Origin: Trichoplax sp. H2
Lineage: Eukaryota
Reading direction: 5' to 3'
DNA length: 43,448 bases
NCBI GenBank assembly: GCA_003344405.1
Contig: NOWV01000122.1
Location: 186,001-229,448, forward strand
Shown: piece after piece, positions 24,701-37,515 of the stretch
Layout: each line of letters begins with the position of its first letter
Position numbering within the stretch: the first letter of the stretch is position 1
The notes under the pieces: model-generated
What the model was told of the DNA's origin: nothing
The model's input: the letters and a program-made list of their open reading frames with translations, nothing else
Database searches by the model: none
Translations under genes and position numbers: made by a program

Positions 24701-27369
24701 TTTAATTCTGGCAGTTCATATTCTATTTTCGGCGCACTTTCTCATATTGAGTAATCATGTACTGTACAGAGCTTTAATCGATGATTTTGATGCATATTAT
24801 GAAGTTCCGAATAGACGATCTGCTTTCGCAACTTATAACAAAAAATTAACGGACATTCATACTACTAACGGCACTAGTTCATTTCTGTGTTATTGCAAAT
24901 TGATTATATTTGGATGGCTTACCAAGTAGAATTGGGCTATTAAACAGTTCTTTACAATTCATAATGTCATAGTTCTTCGAGGGGATAATAGAGTTTTGTC
25001 CGAATAAGTTTGATTTGATTGTTTACAAGTATACAATAGAATTAAATACTAGTGAGATTATTTCAACCAGTTCCTATTTGAAATATGTTATACTGTTCGA
25101 TATGGTAAGCTTTAAAATTACATTTTTATCATTAATGTTATCAAAATTGCTGTAATATTGGCGATAGTTTATAAACAAAGATTAACTAATATCTAATCAG
25201 CAAATGGATGAGCAAATAATATTGTTTGTTTATCTTGTTCATAGCATCGCCAATAGCTACCACCCGGTAATATCAATGCTTGACCTTTTCAAAGGTTGAT
25301 TACTTATGAAGTGTTTTCATATTTTCAGATAAGCGATCACTTCTTTTGTTAGTAAAACAGCAACAACAAAAAGGATACCGTAGCTAGGAATTAAAATTCG
25401 ATTAAACGATTTCTTAATTAGGTATTCATGCGCGTCTGCAGAAGTGGACAATAGCTTAAGTATTCTAAGAAAAACATATCGTTATTAGTTGATATATTTA
25501 CCTAACAACGATATTATAAATTCTTATTGTTGTTAATCTTTTTAAAAGGTAGCATATTCTGTATTACAAGCTCACGCTACGCCTTATGGATTAAGTCATA
25601 AATGGTACTGTAACAATTATTGCCGTCTTTCCGTTGTGATTAACTGTAGTAGCCGGATAAAATATTAGTCTTACTAACCGATTAATATCAATGCACGAAA
25701 ACTACTATCTGTACGATATCTAGTTATTATCTTTGTTATCTTCTTGAAAGGGTTAAAAGGTATAGAATTAGTCTATAATACGTTTTCGCGAATTGAAAAT
25801 TTACCTATAAATTATAAATTGCGCAATTTTAATGGTATTATGATGGCTGAATGGAGGTCAAGAAATTTGCTGAAATGGCTTAATTTTTTCTCCATATAAA
25901 TTTTTAATATGAATTACTAATTGCGACCATAATTAAAGCCGCATTTTGAATTCACTAACAACATTTTGATTATCATAACTTATTTTGAAAAGATGAGTGA
26001 GAGGAAATATATTTACCATATATTGACATAATAAAATTTACTATATTTGGAAATTTGTTATTCGACCTATATTAATTGTTGAGACTTTGATCTCGAAGAA
26101 CCATTGCTTTTCACTTGTAGGTATAGCTCCATTTAAAGTACTTTTATTAATTCTCAAATGGCATCAAAATTGAATATTGACAATATTAATAACTACATGT
26201 AATCAACTCAATGATCAATTTTATCAATAGTATCTTCAATCTCTGGAAGCATCATCTAGATTATTCTATTTATATTTGAAACATCTAATAAATGAATGTG
26301 TTTGCACTACTATGTACAAATACCATAGGGATTCTAAAATTTTGACGACTTCCAATAATTTATTCTCAGCAACTCTTTTAAAATAAACAATTTTGTGATT
26401 TGAGGAATTTGACAGAATATGGCAGCCGAATGCGAATATGCTATCACTATTCTAAAATTTGATTTGCACTTACATCATAGATAATATTAAAGATGATGTT
26501 TTTGAATTGTAGTTAGTTTAACACTACAGCCTTTGATTCTCTTTTTTAAGAGTAACTTGTATCAAATAATAGGCAATGGTTTCGAAATAGATTTAAGAGT
26601 GTGTAATTAATTTCTATAATTCATCACAAAAAATTAACTACTGTAAATGTTATGGCAGAAAGAAGTTGCACTTATGGCGTAGTCTTCAAACTATTTTGCT
26701 CAAGACTTACGAAACTGACAGTAATTTATCCATGCTAAATTGTTTATAAATACTTAACATTAGCTACCTTGCACTCTACTGCATTCTAGCCTAATAGTTT
26801 ACTACAAATTAACGGTAAACAAATTTTCGGAGGTTAATCGAATTACGGCACCGTTTTTACGAAAATCAGCTAAGCCAGTTACTAAATGAAATATTTGGCA
26901 GTTTCTTGCTTTATAAGGTCACAATCTGGTTAAAAAATATTTCTTCATAGATAAATTTACTGACAAATAAATATCTCTATCTTGTTCGTATCGGAAATGC
27001 AAGTTAAGATATGAATCTTTAAACCGAATTCTACGTTTCTAATTTATTCATGGTACGGTTCGCTATTGGAATGATAATCCGTAATTAATATCTATTTTTT
27101 GATTTCTGCTATCTAATAAGCTATGAGTGCTGATAGTCGTAACATTTGCTATATTATTGGAAATTATATCTTTGTCAGATTAGTTTATGGCACTGGTCAA
27201 ATTACTGTTAAATCGTATTATATGGAGCCACATATTGAATTATAGGTCACTTCTTATTAATTTTGTTGCAGTAAAAAAAAAAGAAGTCTTTACCAAGGAA
27301 CATTACGCGGCTTTTATACATAACACATGGCCTGAATAATGCATTTTCCACCCGTTTCAATTAGGCCAC

Positions 27370-27843
27370 TGTCACAACCGAGATTGTAACACAAGAATTA
27401 AACGGGATTCTTTCCTCTAAAGTAGACTTAACTATCTAAGCAACTAACTCTAAGCACTCTTTAATCAACCAAACTTAGATTCGAGTCTTAGACGATAGAT
27501 TACTCACGTTAAGGATCAAAACTTTATTCTAGAAGCTATTTTATTAAAATGTCCGATTGAACGCACAACTTACAATTACGACTAGCAACTGATAACCATC
27601 TGTCATCGACTAACGTAACTCACTCTCAATTAAGAACTTTGAGACTTTATATATCCTCACCAACTTCGTTGGTGCAAAAACAGTAATTAATTAATAACCC
27701 AGTCTACATACTTATTATAGCTAGAATCACAACACACTTTCTATGACATTTAATATTAGTTAATTAGTAGCTAGGTGTCAACATATGATTCATCACACAA
27801 CAAAATTATAATATTGATGATGCATTAATTAATGAATGTCACA
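27370..27843 (-). mobile_element. Solo-LTR-like insertion, family E (about 474 bp)
   Basis: Plus strand TGTCACAA...TGTCACA flanked by GCCAC (27365-27369 / 27845-27849, with one extra A). Minus-strand TATATAAA (27646-27653) and AATAAA (27523-27528). Terminal hairpin TGTCACAA-ccgaga-TTGTAACA at 27370-27391. Confidence 0.72.
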
Positions 27844-30800
27844 AGCCACCCATCATCTAAACTACTGTATTAAATAAAATTGTCTATGATACATCACGAA
27901 GTACTTCATTGCTGATCCTTATTGCACTTTCAAAGTACGTTACAATAGTAACTTAACTGACTGAGATTACGACAGATACGCTCCTGTATACATACGAGCT
28001 GAAGAGCCAAGTAGTGGGATTATTATAAGCATTAATTATGATGGAGTCTTAATTCTCTTCACCAAGTATAAGAGAAACAATCTGTAGTACATACACGTTA
28101 TGCAACTCTCTATTTATAGCTAATAACATATGTCACATTATTCCATAACTATAGTCAAGATTGCCAGTGCATTAAGAATTATTCGCACCGCAATACTGAT
28201 TGATCGATAGAATATTCCTATTTTGAAACTTATCTGTTGTGTCAGTGATTTTTACCGAAAGAACAGTTTAATTTACACAAAAGTATAACAATTGCTACTT
28301 CAACTTACTAAGGCTAAATTTACTTTTAGAATTTCCTATCGTGGAAAATACATCACTTTATATCATCCTAGAAACGTAACTTGTAGACTAAACCATGATC
28401 GGATGGTTATTTTGCTTTCGGACGGGAGTACTGACAATTATTAAGAGCAGCAGTAAAGTGCTACAGTACTGTATAAGATCCAGATTATTTATAATTCTAA
28501 CAAGAGCACTACAATGAACCTATCTATACATTTAGAATTATAATTAATGGTTTACATAAATATCAACTTCCTCAGTATAGTTTGCACTTATTATTATTAA
28601 TTGTTGCAATGGGATTACGATACGGGATAATATTTTAAAAAATCATTATTTCAAGAATTACATCGCGACTGGATATTAACCATGGCTTCATTTTTAATTA
28701 AAGTTAAATATCCACATTTTTGGATAGATCGGTAGTTATTAAAATATTTTTATTGCATATTTAATGCAATTATAACTAACTTTTATTAGTTACCTTTATC
28801 AAATCTATAATTAAAATATAAATTAGAGCTTTAACGCAAATGCACATCAAATTAGAGACAAAACCACGAAACATAATAGAAAGGTTCAGTTGCTGAATCA
28901 ATTATTAGTATTAATTAATATGAAGCCCGTGACTAAGGGCAAGCGATCTAGCAAGAATTGGTAGTCTAATTTAGCAAGAAGGCTTAGAGTCTATTACAGA
29001 GGCTAAGATTAGCAATTTTAGCGGTAAGATCTGAATTTGATCATTTACGTAGGTAGGTTCTAGGCGAAGCAAAGTGTTAACAATGCGGGTATATTATTTG
29101 CGCTCTGTACCAAATTTCAAGACTAAAGTCAATGCTACCATGCTTCCTAAAATCTTGCGATATTGAACTACATTACTCTAGAGTTGCGTTTAAAAAAATT
29201 AAGAGGAGCTAGTTTGCTTATTTTCCGATTTAGTTTACCTTTAGATATTTAATTTACTGCTAATTGTGTTAAAAGGATATTGTTAAATCGATATTGGTAA
29301 CCTTGAACATGCTAAGACGATGTAGATTAACTATGTTTTCGAAAAAGGTTGATTAGATCCAAACTGTTGGTTCTCCTAAAATAGCTACTTAGTTACCGAA
29401 TTACATTTTTTTATGATACACGGAAGTTCCTTTTAAAATAATGGTTATGGCTCCTGACAAAGTATTTGTTTAGCTTTAATAAAATAAAGCCCACATTGAT
29501 AGGAAAATACCAAATGAACTTTACGTTCAGCTTAACGTAATCATCGAATTAGCTTAATTACCCAAACGCCTTTAGCAAAGCGGTCTTGAAGTCGAATTTT
29601 GCTTTTAGCCCTATTATAAATAGAATCTTCCGATAGCTTCATATTGCTTTTGAATGATAGAATTTGGAAAAATATCCATCAAATTTCGCTATCAGTATCT
29701 TTCAGGTGATCTTTTAAATACCATATTATGCTGTTAAGATACTCATATTAAATTAGAAATTCTAATACAGCTTTATTTCCAGCATTATAGAACGATTTTT
29801 TTGTATTTTGCAACGGTGCAGAAATATTTCTACTGGATCCTACCTTAGGATCCTATAGTTTAAATTTATGTAAATATTATTTATTTATTTGATATTCTAT
29901 TTTCATTGCAGTAATAATCGTTGCTTTGTTCGGTAATAAAACTTAATCGATTGTAGTAAATCTTGAAAATCATTGATCGCGTACTTTAAGTTCTCTTCTA
30001 CACCCGCCTTTAGTAGTTTATACGTAGGTTAAAATATTAGAATGTTTATTAAATCCTAGTTTACTTTTGTGTAAAGGTATACGTTCGCATGTTTTAACCT
30101 CTTTCCTATCGATTACAATAAATTAAAGTATATTATGATCACGTCAGAAGCAAACATTAACGGATGAAATTGTTTAATATTTATTTTCACTTCCTTAACA
30201 CTCGATAAAGTCATGAATACGAATTTGATTTTACTGTATACTGAATTTGCTTCACTTATAAATGAACTAAATACTCCAACTCTAGTGAAAATATGTAACT
30301 AGCTAAGAAAAGAACAATGAATATATTGCTCTTTCTCCGCTTTTTAATCTTGATTTTTGATTAATCAATGATTTCTTTATAACAAGAATAAATTGTACGT
30401 GATCGCAAACGCTTAAAATTTGAATGACGATAATATCAAGTTCCCAATACTCGTTTCTACCATCATTAAATACCATGTTATTTGTCAGCAATCTCATCAT
30501 TGGCATTACTATAGTTTTAATTAGATAGTCTATCAGTTTAATATCCACATTTAAAAATAATTCCACTAGAGAAATACTGTAGTCCACACAGCTATTGTTG
30601 ACCATTAAGAAATTCACGCGCATTATAGAATTTGATATCCATTTATAGAAATGTGAATCTATATATTGTGACAATTATGGAGGAACTATTTTGTTAGACC
30701 ATGCTTATTTTGAAAGAGATTATTCCCAATTGAATTATAACCGGCTGACAGCTTCAATGTTTCATTGCTTGTCGTACATTGTTAATAAGAACAGATGGAT

Positions 30801-33800
30801 ACTTTTAAGTCAGTTCATTAATGAGTGGAAAGGGTATGATGAGAAAAAGAAAATTACAAGAAACATTCTTACCTTCTTCCATTGTCCTACCTAATTTTAT
30901 TTTAAAATCTTACTATTTATGAATGGACTATAAACAACTTTTATTTTATTAATAAAGAAATCTTCAATATTCTAAACGGACTAACTAATGAACACACGAT
31001 GTTCTCTTTAAAGGTATTTCTAGCTAACCGTTAAGTATACTGCGAATTTGATCACGTAGCTTTTGATTTAATGCAGTAGGTTTACACAGAAGTTTTGCAG
31101 GCATAGAAGCAGAAGCTCTAAATGAGAGATAGCTACTGTAAAGTTATTGAGATCTTGCCAATTTGTTCTTGCTGTTTTCTAATCTGATCGCTAATTTTTT
31201 TGTTTTGGTGTAAAAAAGAAATAGGAAAGCTCTTAGCTGATTGTCGGTGACATTAGCATAATAACGATGTGAAATTCAAATAATAATTCTTACTTTGAGA
31301 AGTTTTTAAAATTGTTAATTTGTTCTGGAAGTGAAATAAATAGAAAGCCTTCTCAAGTCAAAGATAAAATTTATAAGTCGCTAGCAGGATAATGTTTCGT
31401 TTAGACTATTGATGAATTCTCTATTACTATCGCCAAATAAGAAAAGTATAGATAAAATTTTAGTGAGGTAAATTCAGTTACAAAAATTTTGTTAAAACTA
31501 ATTTTTATATCACTGTGTAAAATAAAAATGAAAGTTTGAACTAATCATTGATATAATCAAACGAAGTAAAATAAATAAAGATGTTATTCCTAGATTAATA
31601 GATTTATTTGCCATTGTAAAACAAGACATGGAAATGTTAGTTAATAAATTAAATCTGCAACAAGACATGACGTAGATAGTAATTTATGTAAAGGCTTCAC
31701 TTCGATAGCAAATAGTAGTACAATGACTACGACCTAATTTTGTAAAGTATTACTTTAACCGTCGAGAGTAGCATTTAAAAATGAAGTGCTGGACTAAAAT
31801 AGACTATGGAATAAGTTGTTTATGGTAGATAAGGGAATTAATGATTATATGCTTTTTCAGTTAAGATGAGAAATTGCTATATTTAAATCTGGATTTTGCT
31901 TGGATTTTAATAATTCCATATAATTATTGACGACATCTTGCTAACGAATAGCGATAGAGTGTGGGAGTTATCCTACGGTGACCAATTGATAGATACCCTT
32001 GTCGCTAAAAATACTTTCATTCATTTCGAATGATGTAAAGAATTGAATTGAGGTCGATATGGGAAATTAAAATCTATTTTCTATTAATTGAGTAATCATC
32101 TACAATAAAAGATTGCATCTTCACATTATATAATGATTCAACAAAGACATAGCGTTAGAACGAAATTTAGTAAAGGTTTCTTTCGTATTCTGAATTGGAA
32201 CCTAGTTATTGAATAGTAGGATTAGCAGACTTACTCCGTCAAACTGTGTATATATATATTTTAAATTTTAGAAGTTGAATCTTAACATGTACTTCTCTAT
32301 ATCTATGATGATTGATAAAAACAATACAATATATGGATAAATAAAACAGTTTATATGGCAATAGCAGATCATTTATTTCTACTTTTAGTCAATATGCAGT
32401 TGTTTATTTTGAAGTTGAAAATCAAGTAGGAAACAGTCCACAAGCTGCGCAAGAAAAATCATTGATAAATGCGAATACCCGTTGCTATAGCCTGTAAGCA
32501 AATTACATTTTATGCATAACTTTGGACTGATGTTATTTTTTGTTAAGAATTGTCTGTTATTTTCTTTCTCTTCTATGCATGGTAACTGTAAAATTGATCA
32601 ACGGATGAATGCAATGATGAACTATTTTCATGTAGTGATTGTTATTCACTTGTTTATCATGTTGATATTGAGCTATTTTAGCACGTAAGATAATGCATCT
32701 TAGAACGGTACTAAATCAATAATTGCGCATTGCCTTGGTAACATACTACTAAATGACTAGTTAATACTAGAAGCCTGCTTGTAAATAGACATTGAAAAGG
32801 TTTATTGTTGATATCTTTATTATTTATACTGCAAATCGCTAGTCATTAATATAGCGTAGACCTATAATACGAAATTTGAGTGAAGGGTCATAATTAAAGC
32901 CATAAAATAAATTATGACAAATCGTATAGCCGTCGTAGCGCTTGCGGTAATTATAAATATGGAAATTATGGAATAAGCAACCTAACTTGGAAAGTAAAGT
33001 TAGCTCACTTATTTCTTTATCCATGACAGGATGAAGATTATGCAACGTTAATACTATTTCATCATATTGTTATTTTTATTTACGAAAATGTTATTATTCT
33101 TTAAATTTTGCAATCACAATTGTTATTCATTTGATTTTCTTGCCTATCTTTGAGATTATTTTGCACTTGAAATTGATAATAAGTTTATTCAAGAACAAAT
33201 CTATCGCCGTCATTATGTTAACGAACTGTTTTCAATGATAACGTAGCCAATAATAATCAATCAATCATTTGGATTCCCTTAAGCAAGATGAAAAATTCAA
33301 TTCAGTTAAATTATTCAAGCAAAAATACAGCTGCATCTATTCAATCATCAATCAATATAATATCTAAAATGTCTAAACAAATAATCACGACAATACATTT
33401 CTCTACGAGCATTAATTTTAAAAATGTCAGGAATTTAATTCATCAACAATAGAATTAAAATTAATTTATCAACCGCGCTTGCTTTGGTACTTATTTCAAT
33501 GTAATACTGTAAAAGTCATTAGTTGAAGTTTTATACGTTCGAAGTTATCCCTGAGAGAGATGAACATTGAATCCTGTGATTGATGAATCGATTTGATAAC
33601 CTTAAGTTATAGAATTCGAAATTTTATTCGATTTTTTTTATTTCGATTGGATAATTATAACACCTGAGATAGTAATATCTTGCTTCAGCTGGATTAATTT
33701 TCCTTACCCAATAACTGCTAATCTAAAGTGTTATTGAACATCAACTTGGATTGACTTGGAAAACAACACAAATTCGATTTTTATGCCTCAAATTCCATCA

Positions 33801-34819
33801 ATTTAAACTGGGATTGGAATAACTTTAGTCCCTCTCTACTTTAAGTGTATTTTCAATCAATACCAATGTATTGAAATACTTGTTTTGAGGATTAGAATAA
33901 TTAAAGTCCACTAAAACCGATTTATAATTATTTCTTTCCCGGCTCCTTTCGGATTACACTTATAATTCGCTGAAAAATCTACAAATTTCATTTCGTATAA
34001 ATATCTCAGAATAAGGTGAGAATTCGTCTTTATTATCATAAGGTTGAAATCAGTTCATTGCCAAATTAACCAATTTGTTGGATTTTACTTTGATATGAGT
34101 TTGATCTGTTTGTGCAGTTTTGTTAATTGGATCTTCAACTTGTATTAGCGCAGATGAATAAATTAACTACTAATAATAACATAATCAATGTTTCTATTTT
34201 GCATTCTCTATAAATATATATTAAATTCTTACTAGTTTAAATTTTGTGTCGTCCACTAATTAATTATATCTAAAGTATTATTAGGATAGCCATTTAGTAA
34301 GACTTTACTGTGTTCTACTATATCATTGTTGAGTTATTTTAGCATCAACTTTCAATAGTAAACTCTTACTAACATAATTAATATGCTGTCTTCTATCAAT
34401 AACACTCAGCAAATTATTGACTGTGAACAACGTCAGTTACTGAACATGTATAAAATATCTGCCGCAAATTGAATACTAAGTGATAATTGATTTTTCTTGT
34501 CTTTAGCATTGATTTGGATATTATTCAATTTATTTCCGTCAAATCTCGAGAATTTATAAGAGAAGGTGATTCAATTTCTGAATCAGTAGGTTGCTATAGA
34601 TTCCAACCGAACTCTCATTGACTTGAATTTTTCCTGATTTTTGTTTTTATTTAGCTACGGTAGTATTGAAATTTCCGTACGTTCAAATTTTTTTTGTCTC
34701 TTTATTCTCTTTTTTCTTCTGTTGCATGTTAAATATAGAAATTATTCTCGTAAATAGGTTTTGAAAAAATCTTTCCTTTGTCTATAACGCTATATCATTT
34801 TGATTCTGATTAAATTTCA

Positions 34820-34872
34820 TCTACTTTCACCTTTCTGACTTGGTTACTGTTAATTATCACTATCATTTATAG
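34820..34872 (+). other. Probable splice acceptor of a 5'UTR intron of the plus-strand GPCR
   Basis: Long pyrimidine-rich tract ending TATCATTTATAG| 38 nt upstream of the ATG at 34911. The donor was not located. Confidence 0.4.
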
Positions 34873-34910
34873 ACTGATTATAATCAAATTGATCACGATA
34901 CCTCTAAATC

Positions 34911-36116
34911 ATGGCAACCTGGCCGATAACTGGCTATTTCTCGCCCAGTGATCATCCCTCCAGTCTACCAACTACTACTTTATCTTCCATCGCCGACGGA
35001 ATATGGACAACTTCTGCTTCTAACGCAACTTCAGTACCTTCAAGCAATTACACTTACTATTTACCACCTCAGCTTGTCATCTCGACGTGGAATATCGCAT
35101 TTATTGTCATCTATGCTGCGTTATTAACTATCGGTGTACCCGCTAATATTTTTGTTTTAGTAGTTATTTATCGTTCACCTAAATTAAAAGGCGTAGCTAA
35201 TTACTATTTAATCAATTTAATGTATGCTGATCTCCTCGTGTTAAGCATTAATGTACCATTTAGTTTAATTACTGATATTATGCATGAAAATCGGCACTAT
35301 ATGCTGGGTAACGCAATATGTAAGCTTTCACCAGCAATTAGTCAAGCATGTTTCTATACTATGTCGTTAACATTGACGATTATTAGTGTCGATCGTTATT
35401 TTCAAGTGGTTTATCCATCGTCAAAATTTTGGATTACCAAATCAGTTGTTCTGGTCATTTCCAGTATATGGCTAATATCGAGCTTGTTGGTTATTCCAAC
35501 ACTGATCTTTGTCTCTACAGAAAACATACGTGGCATGAAACTTTGTGTTAATTTAATGCCTAGCAATATTCGCTCAGTCTATCGCCTCTTGGTTGTTATT
35601 ATTATTTATCTTATACCCTTCGTTATCATGCTATATTGCAATTTTCATATGCTTATTGCTGTTCTACGAACTGGTAAAACAACATCTAGTAATCAAATTG
35701 CTACTAAAATGAAAAAGCGTGTGATGGTTATTGTAAGTTTAATTATATTGGCATTTGTAGTATGTATTGCACCTAGTCAAATTTATAAAATTTTTCTTGA
35801 ATATTCCGTAATTCGGATATCAGCAGCAACTATAATTAAAATTTCCGTCGTCTGTCGCACTATCGCCTATTTTGATACTTTAATCAATCCAATACTTTAT
35901 GCAGCATTAAATACAAGATTCCGTGAAGGCTGTAAAGATATTACGCATTCTTTTATCAATCGACGATTTACCGCATTACCTGGTGAAATATCTAGAGCTG
36001 ATTTAATCCTTCAGACCAAAAATCAATCGTTAGCCATCAAAGAGCTATGCACACCAGCATTGGCGATCACCATTTGCCATGATGAAATCACAAAAACAAC
36101 CGATCAATCATGCTAA
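34911..36116 (+). CDS. Class A (rhodopsin-like) 7TM GPCR, peptide-receptor-like, 401 aa, intronless CDS
   Basis: Ser/Thr-rich N-terminus with NAT and NYT sequons. Motifs GVPAN (TM1), NLMYADL (TM2), GNAICKL...SVDRY (TM3), SIW (TM4), YLIP (TM5), FVVCIAP (TM6), DTLINPILY (TM7) and helix 8 NTRFR. Confidence 0.96.
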   Translation: MATWPITGYFSPSDHPSSLPTTTLSSIADGIWTTSASNATSVPSSNYTYYLPPQLVISTWNIAFIVIYAALLTIGVPANIFVLVVIYRSPKLKGVANYYLINLMYADLLVLSINVPFSLITDIMHENRHYMLGNAICKLSPAISQACFYTMSLTLTIISVDRYFQVVYPSSKFWITKSVVLVISSIWLISSLLVIPTLIFVSTENIRGMKLCVNLMPSNIRSVYRLLVVIIIYLIPFVIMLYCNFHMLIAVLRTGKTTSSNQIATKMKKRVMVIVSLIILAFVVCIAPSQIYKIFLEYSVIRISAATIIKISVVCRTIAYFDTLINPILYAALNTRFREGCKDITHSFINRRFTALPGEISRADLILQTKNQSLAIKELCTPALAITICHDEITKTTDQSC

Positions 36117-37024
36117 TATCTATCTTATACATCGATTAACTATCACCCTCATCAAATACTTCAGAATGCATTTACAGCATGCATCTCTTTTCATATTGAA
36201 CGCCAAAGATTTCAAGAAAGATAGAAGTTTCTGCTAGCTAATGTATTATAATAATATTTACTGTCGTGAATGAATAAAGAAAACATGCAAATGATATGTA
36301 TATTGACTTGTATTTCCTTATAGATAAGAGAAAGAAGGCACAAACTAAAATTTTATTTGGGAAATAATCAATTATTGATTATTGTCAAAGAATACTTTAT
36401 ATATGTTTGCGTAGACCACGTAGATCCCGTTATTTTATAAAATGGATCACGTAAGACCGCTGTACTAATTTTTATCCTGCTTAAGTGGCCATAAAACTTA
36501 ACTATGAAGAAAACATCAAGGTTTTTACCTAAATAAAGCATATTGGTTAAAATCGCTCCTGAAATAATGCCGTATTAGAATACAGACTGTTAATAAGAGA
36601 ATGAATAAGTCGAATATTTAATTCATGGTTAGCCGGGCTTAAAGCGAATAACGCTGATTAAATTTGGTAAAAAATCAAATATGATCAGGATTTCATTTGA
36701 ATATTTGACTTGGCTTTGTTCTTTAATGATGAATATGAAAATTTCCTATAATAAAGATTTATTGTTACATCCTTCTGTATAGGATAGAATACTATGTCTT
36801 AAATATATTTAGGAATATTGAGCTAATTATTTTTTATTTTGAGTAGAATCTACATTAATGTTAGTTCTCGTTTTAGAAATATTAGATGCGTGTATTATAC
36901 TTTAAGATTTCTTATTCAATGTTAATATATAAAAATTGATTATGATCTTAATGTTACGTGTATTGTATCAAAACTAGCGGCTATGAGAAATCTTGATGAG
37001 TAAAATATCTTCTATATTATACGT

Positions 37025-37515
37025 TGTTACGTTAATGAGAATATTCTCATACTTTAAATACTTGATAGTAAATGATCAAATCATTCTTGAAGCGTATTTT
37101 ATTTGATAGTTAGTCTAAAAATTCATTTTAAGAGTTAAGATGAAGGTAAATCAGTCTTAGTTTCATCGTACGTGATGATTTTTATGTCTAATGTACTTGC
37201 ACGGTCTGAACTCAAATGAAGTTAATATGAATGCTTTAACTATTTCTAGAATTAGATACTATTTAGACGAGAGAATAACTTTTCAATTAAGTGTTTGTTT
37301 TAAATCGATCATTTGCAGCTTGGTCTTCTTTATCGATGAGATTGAGAAGGACTTTATAATAATTATGCCAAAATATGGCGGCAAATTGTGGTAATGGCTT
37401 TGAGATTGTATTCCCGAAATCTTTGTAATACTCATTCAATTCTGCCTTAGTAGACAGTGAAAGCTTTTTTGAGCAAATGTGATTAGAAAATTATTCTAGT
37501 CTCGACTATAATACA
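37025..37515 (+). mobile_element. Candidate solo-LTR-like insertion (491 bp)
   Basis: Ends TGTTACG...TAATACA flanked by perfect TACGT (37020-37024 / 37516-37520). A 9/10 hairpin TATTCTAGTC-tc-GACTATAATA at 37492-37513 lies at the right end. Single copy in the window. Confidence 0.45.

Noticed and set aside
30137-30673. Possible element ending TTGTGACA with an ATTAT duplication, overlapping the 123-aa minus ORF
   Set aside because: The left end is poor, the TSD is pure AT and there is no terminal hairpin. The ORF has no ATG start or recognisable features.
31233-31257. TTAGC-TGATTGTCGGTGACA-TTAGC as a collapsed 15-bp element footprint
   Set aside because: Too short. It is plausible by chance given the number of GTRACA sites examined.
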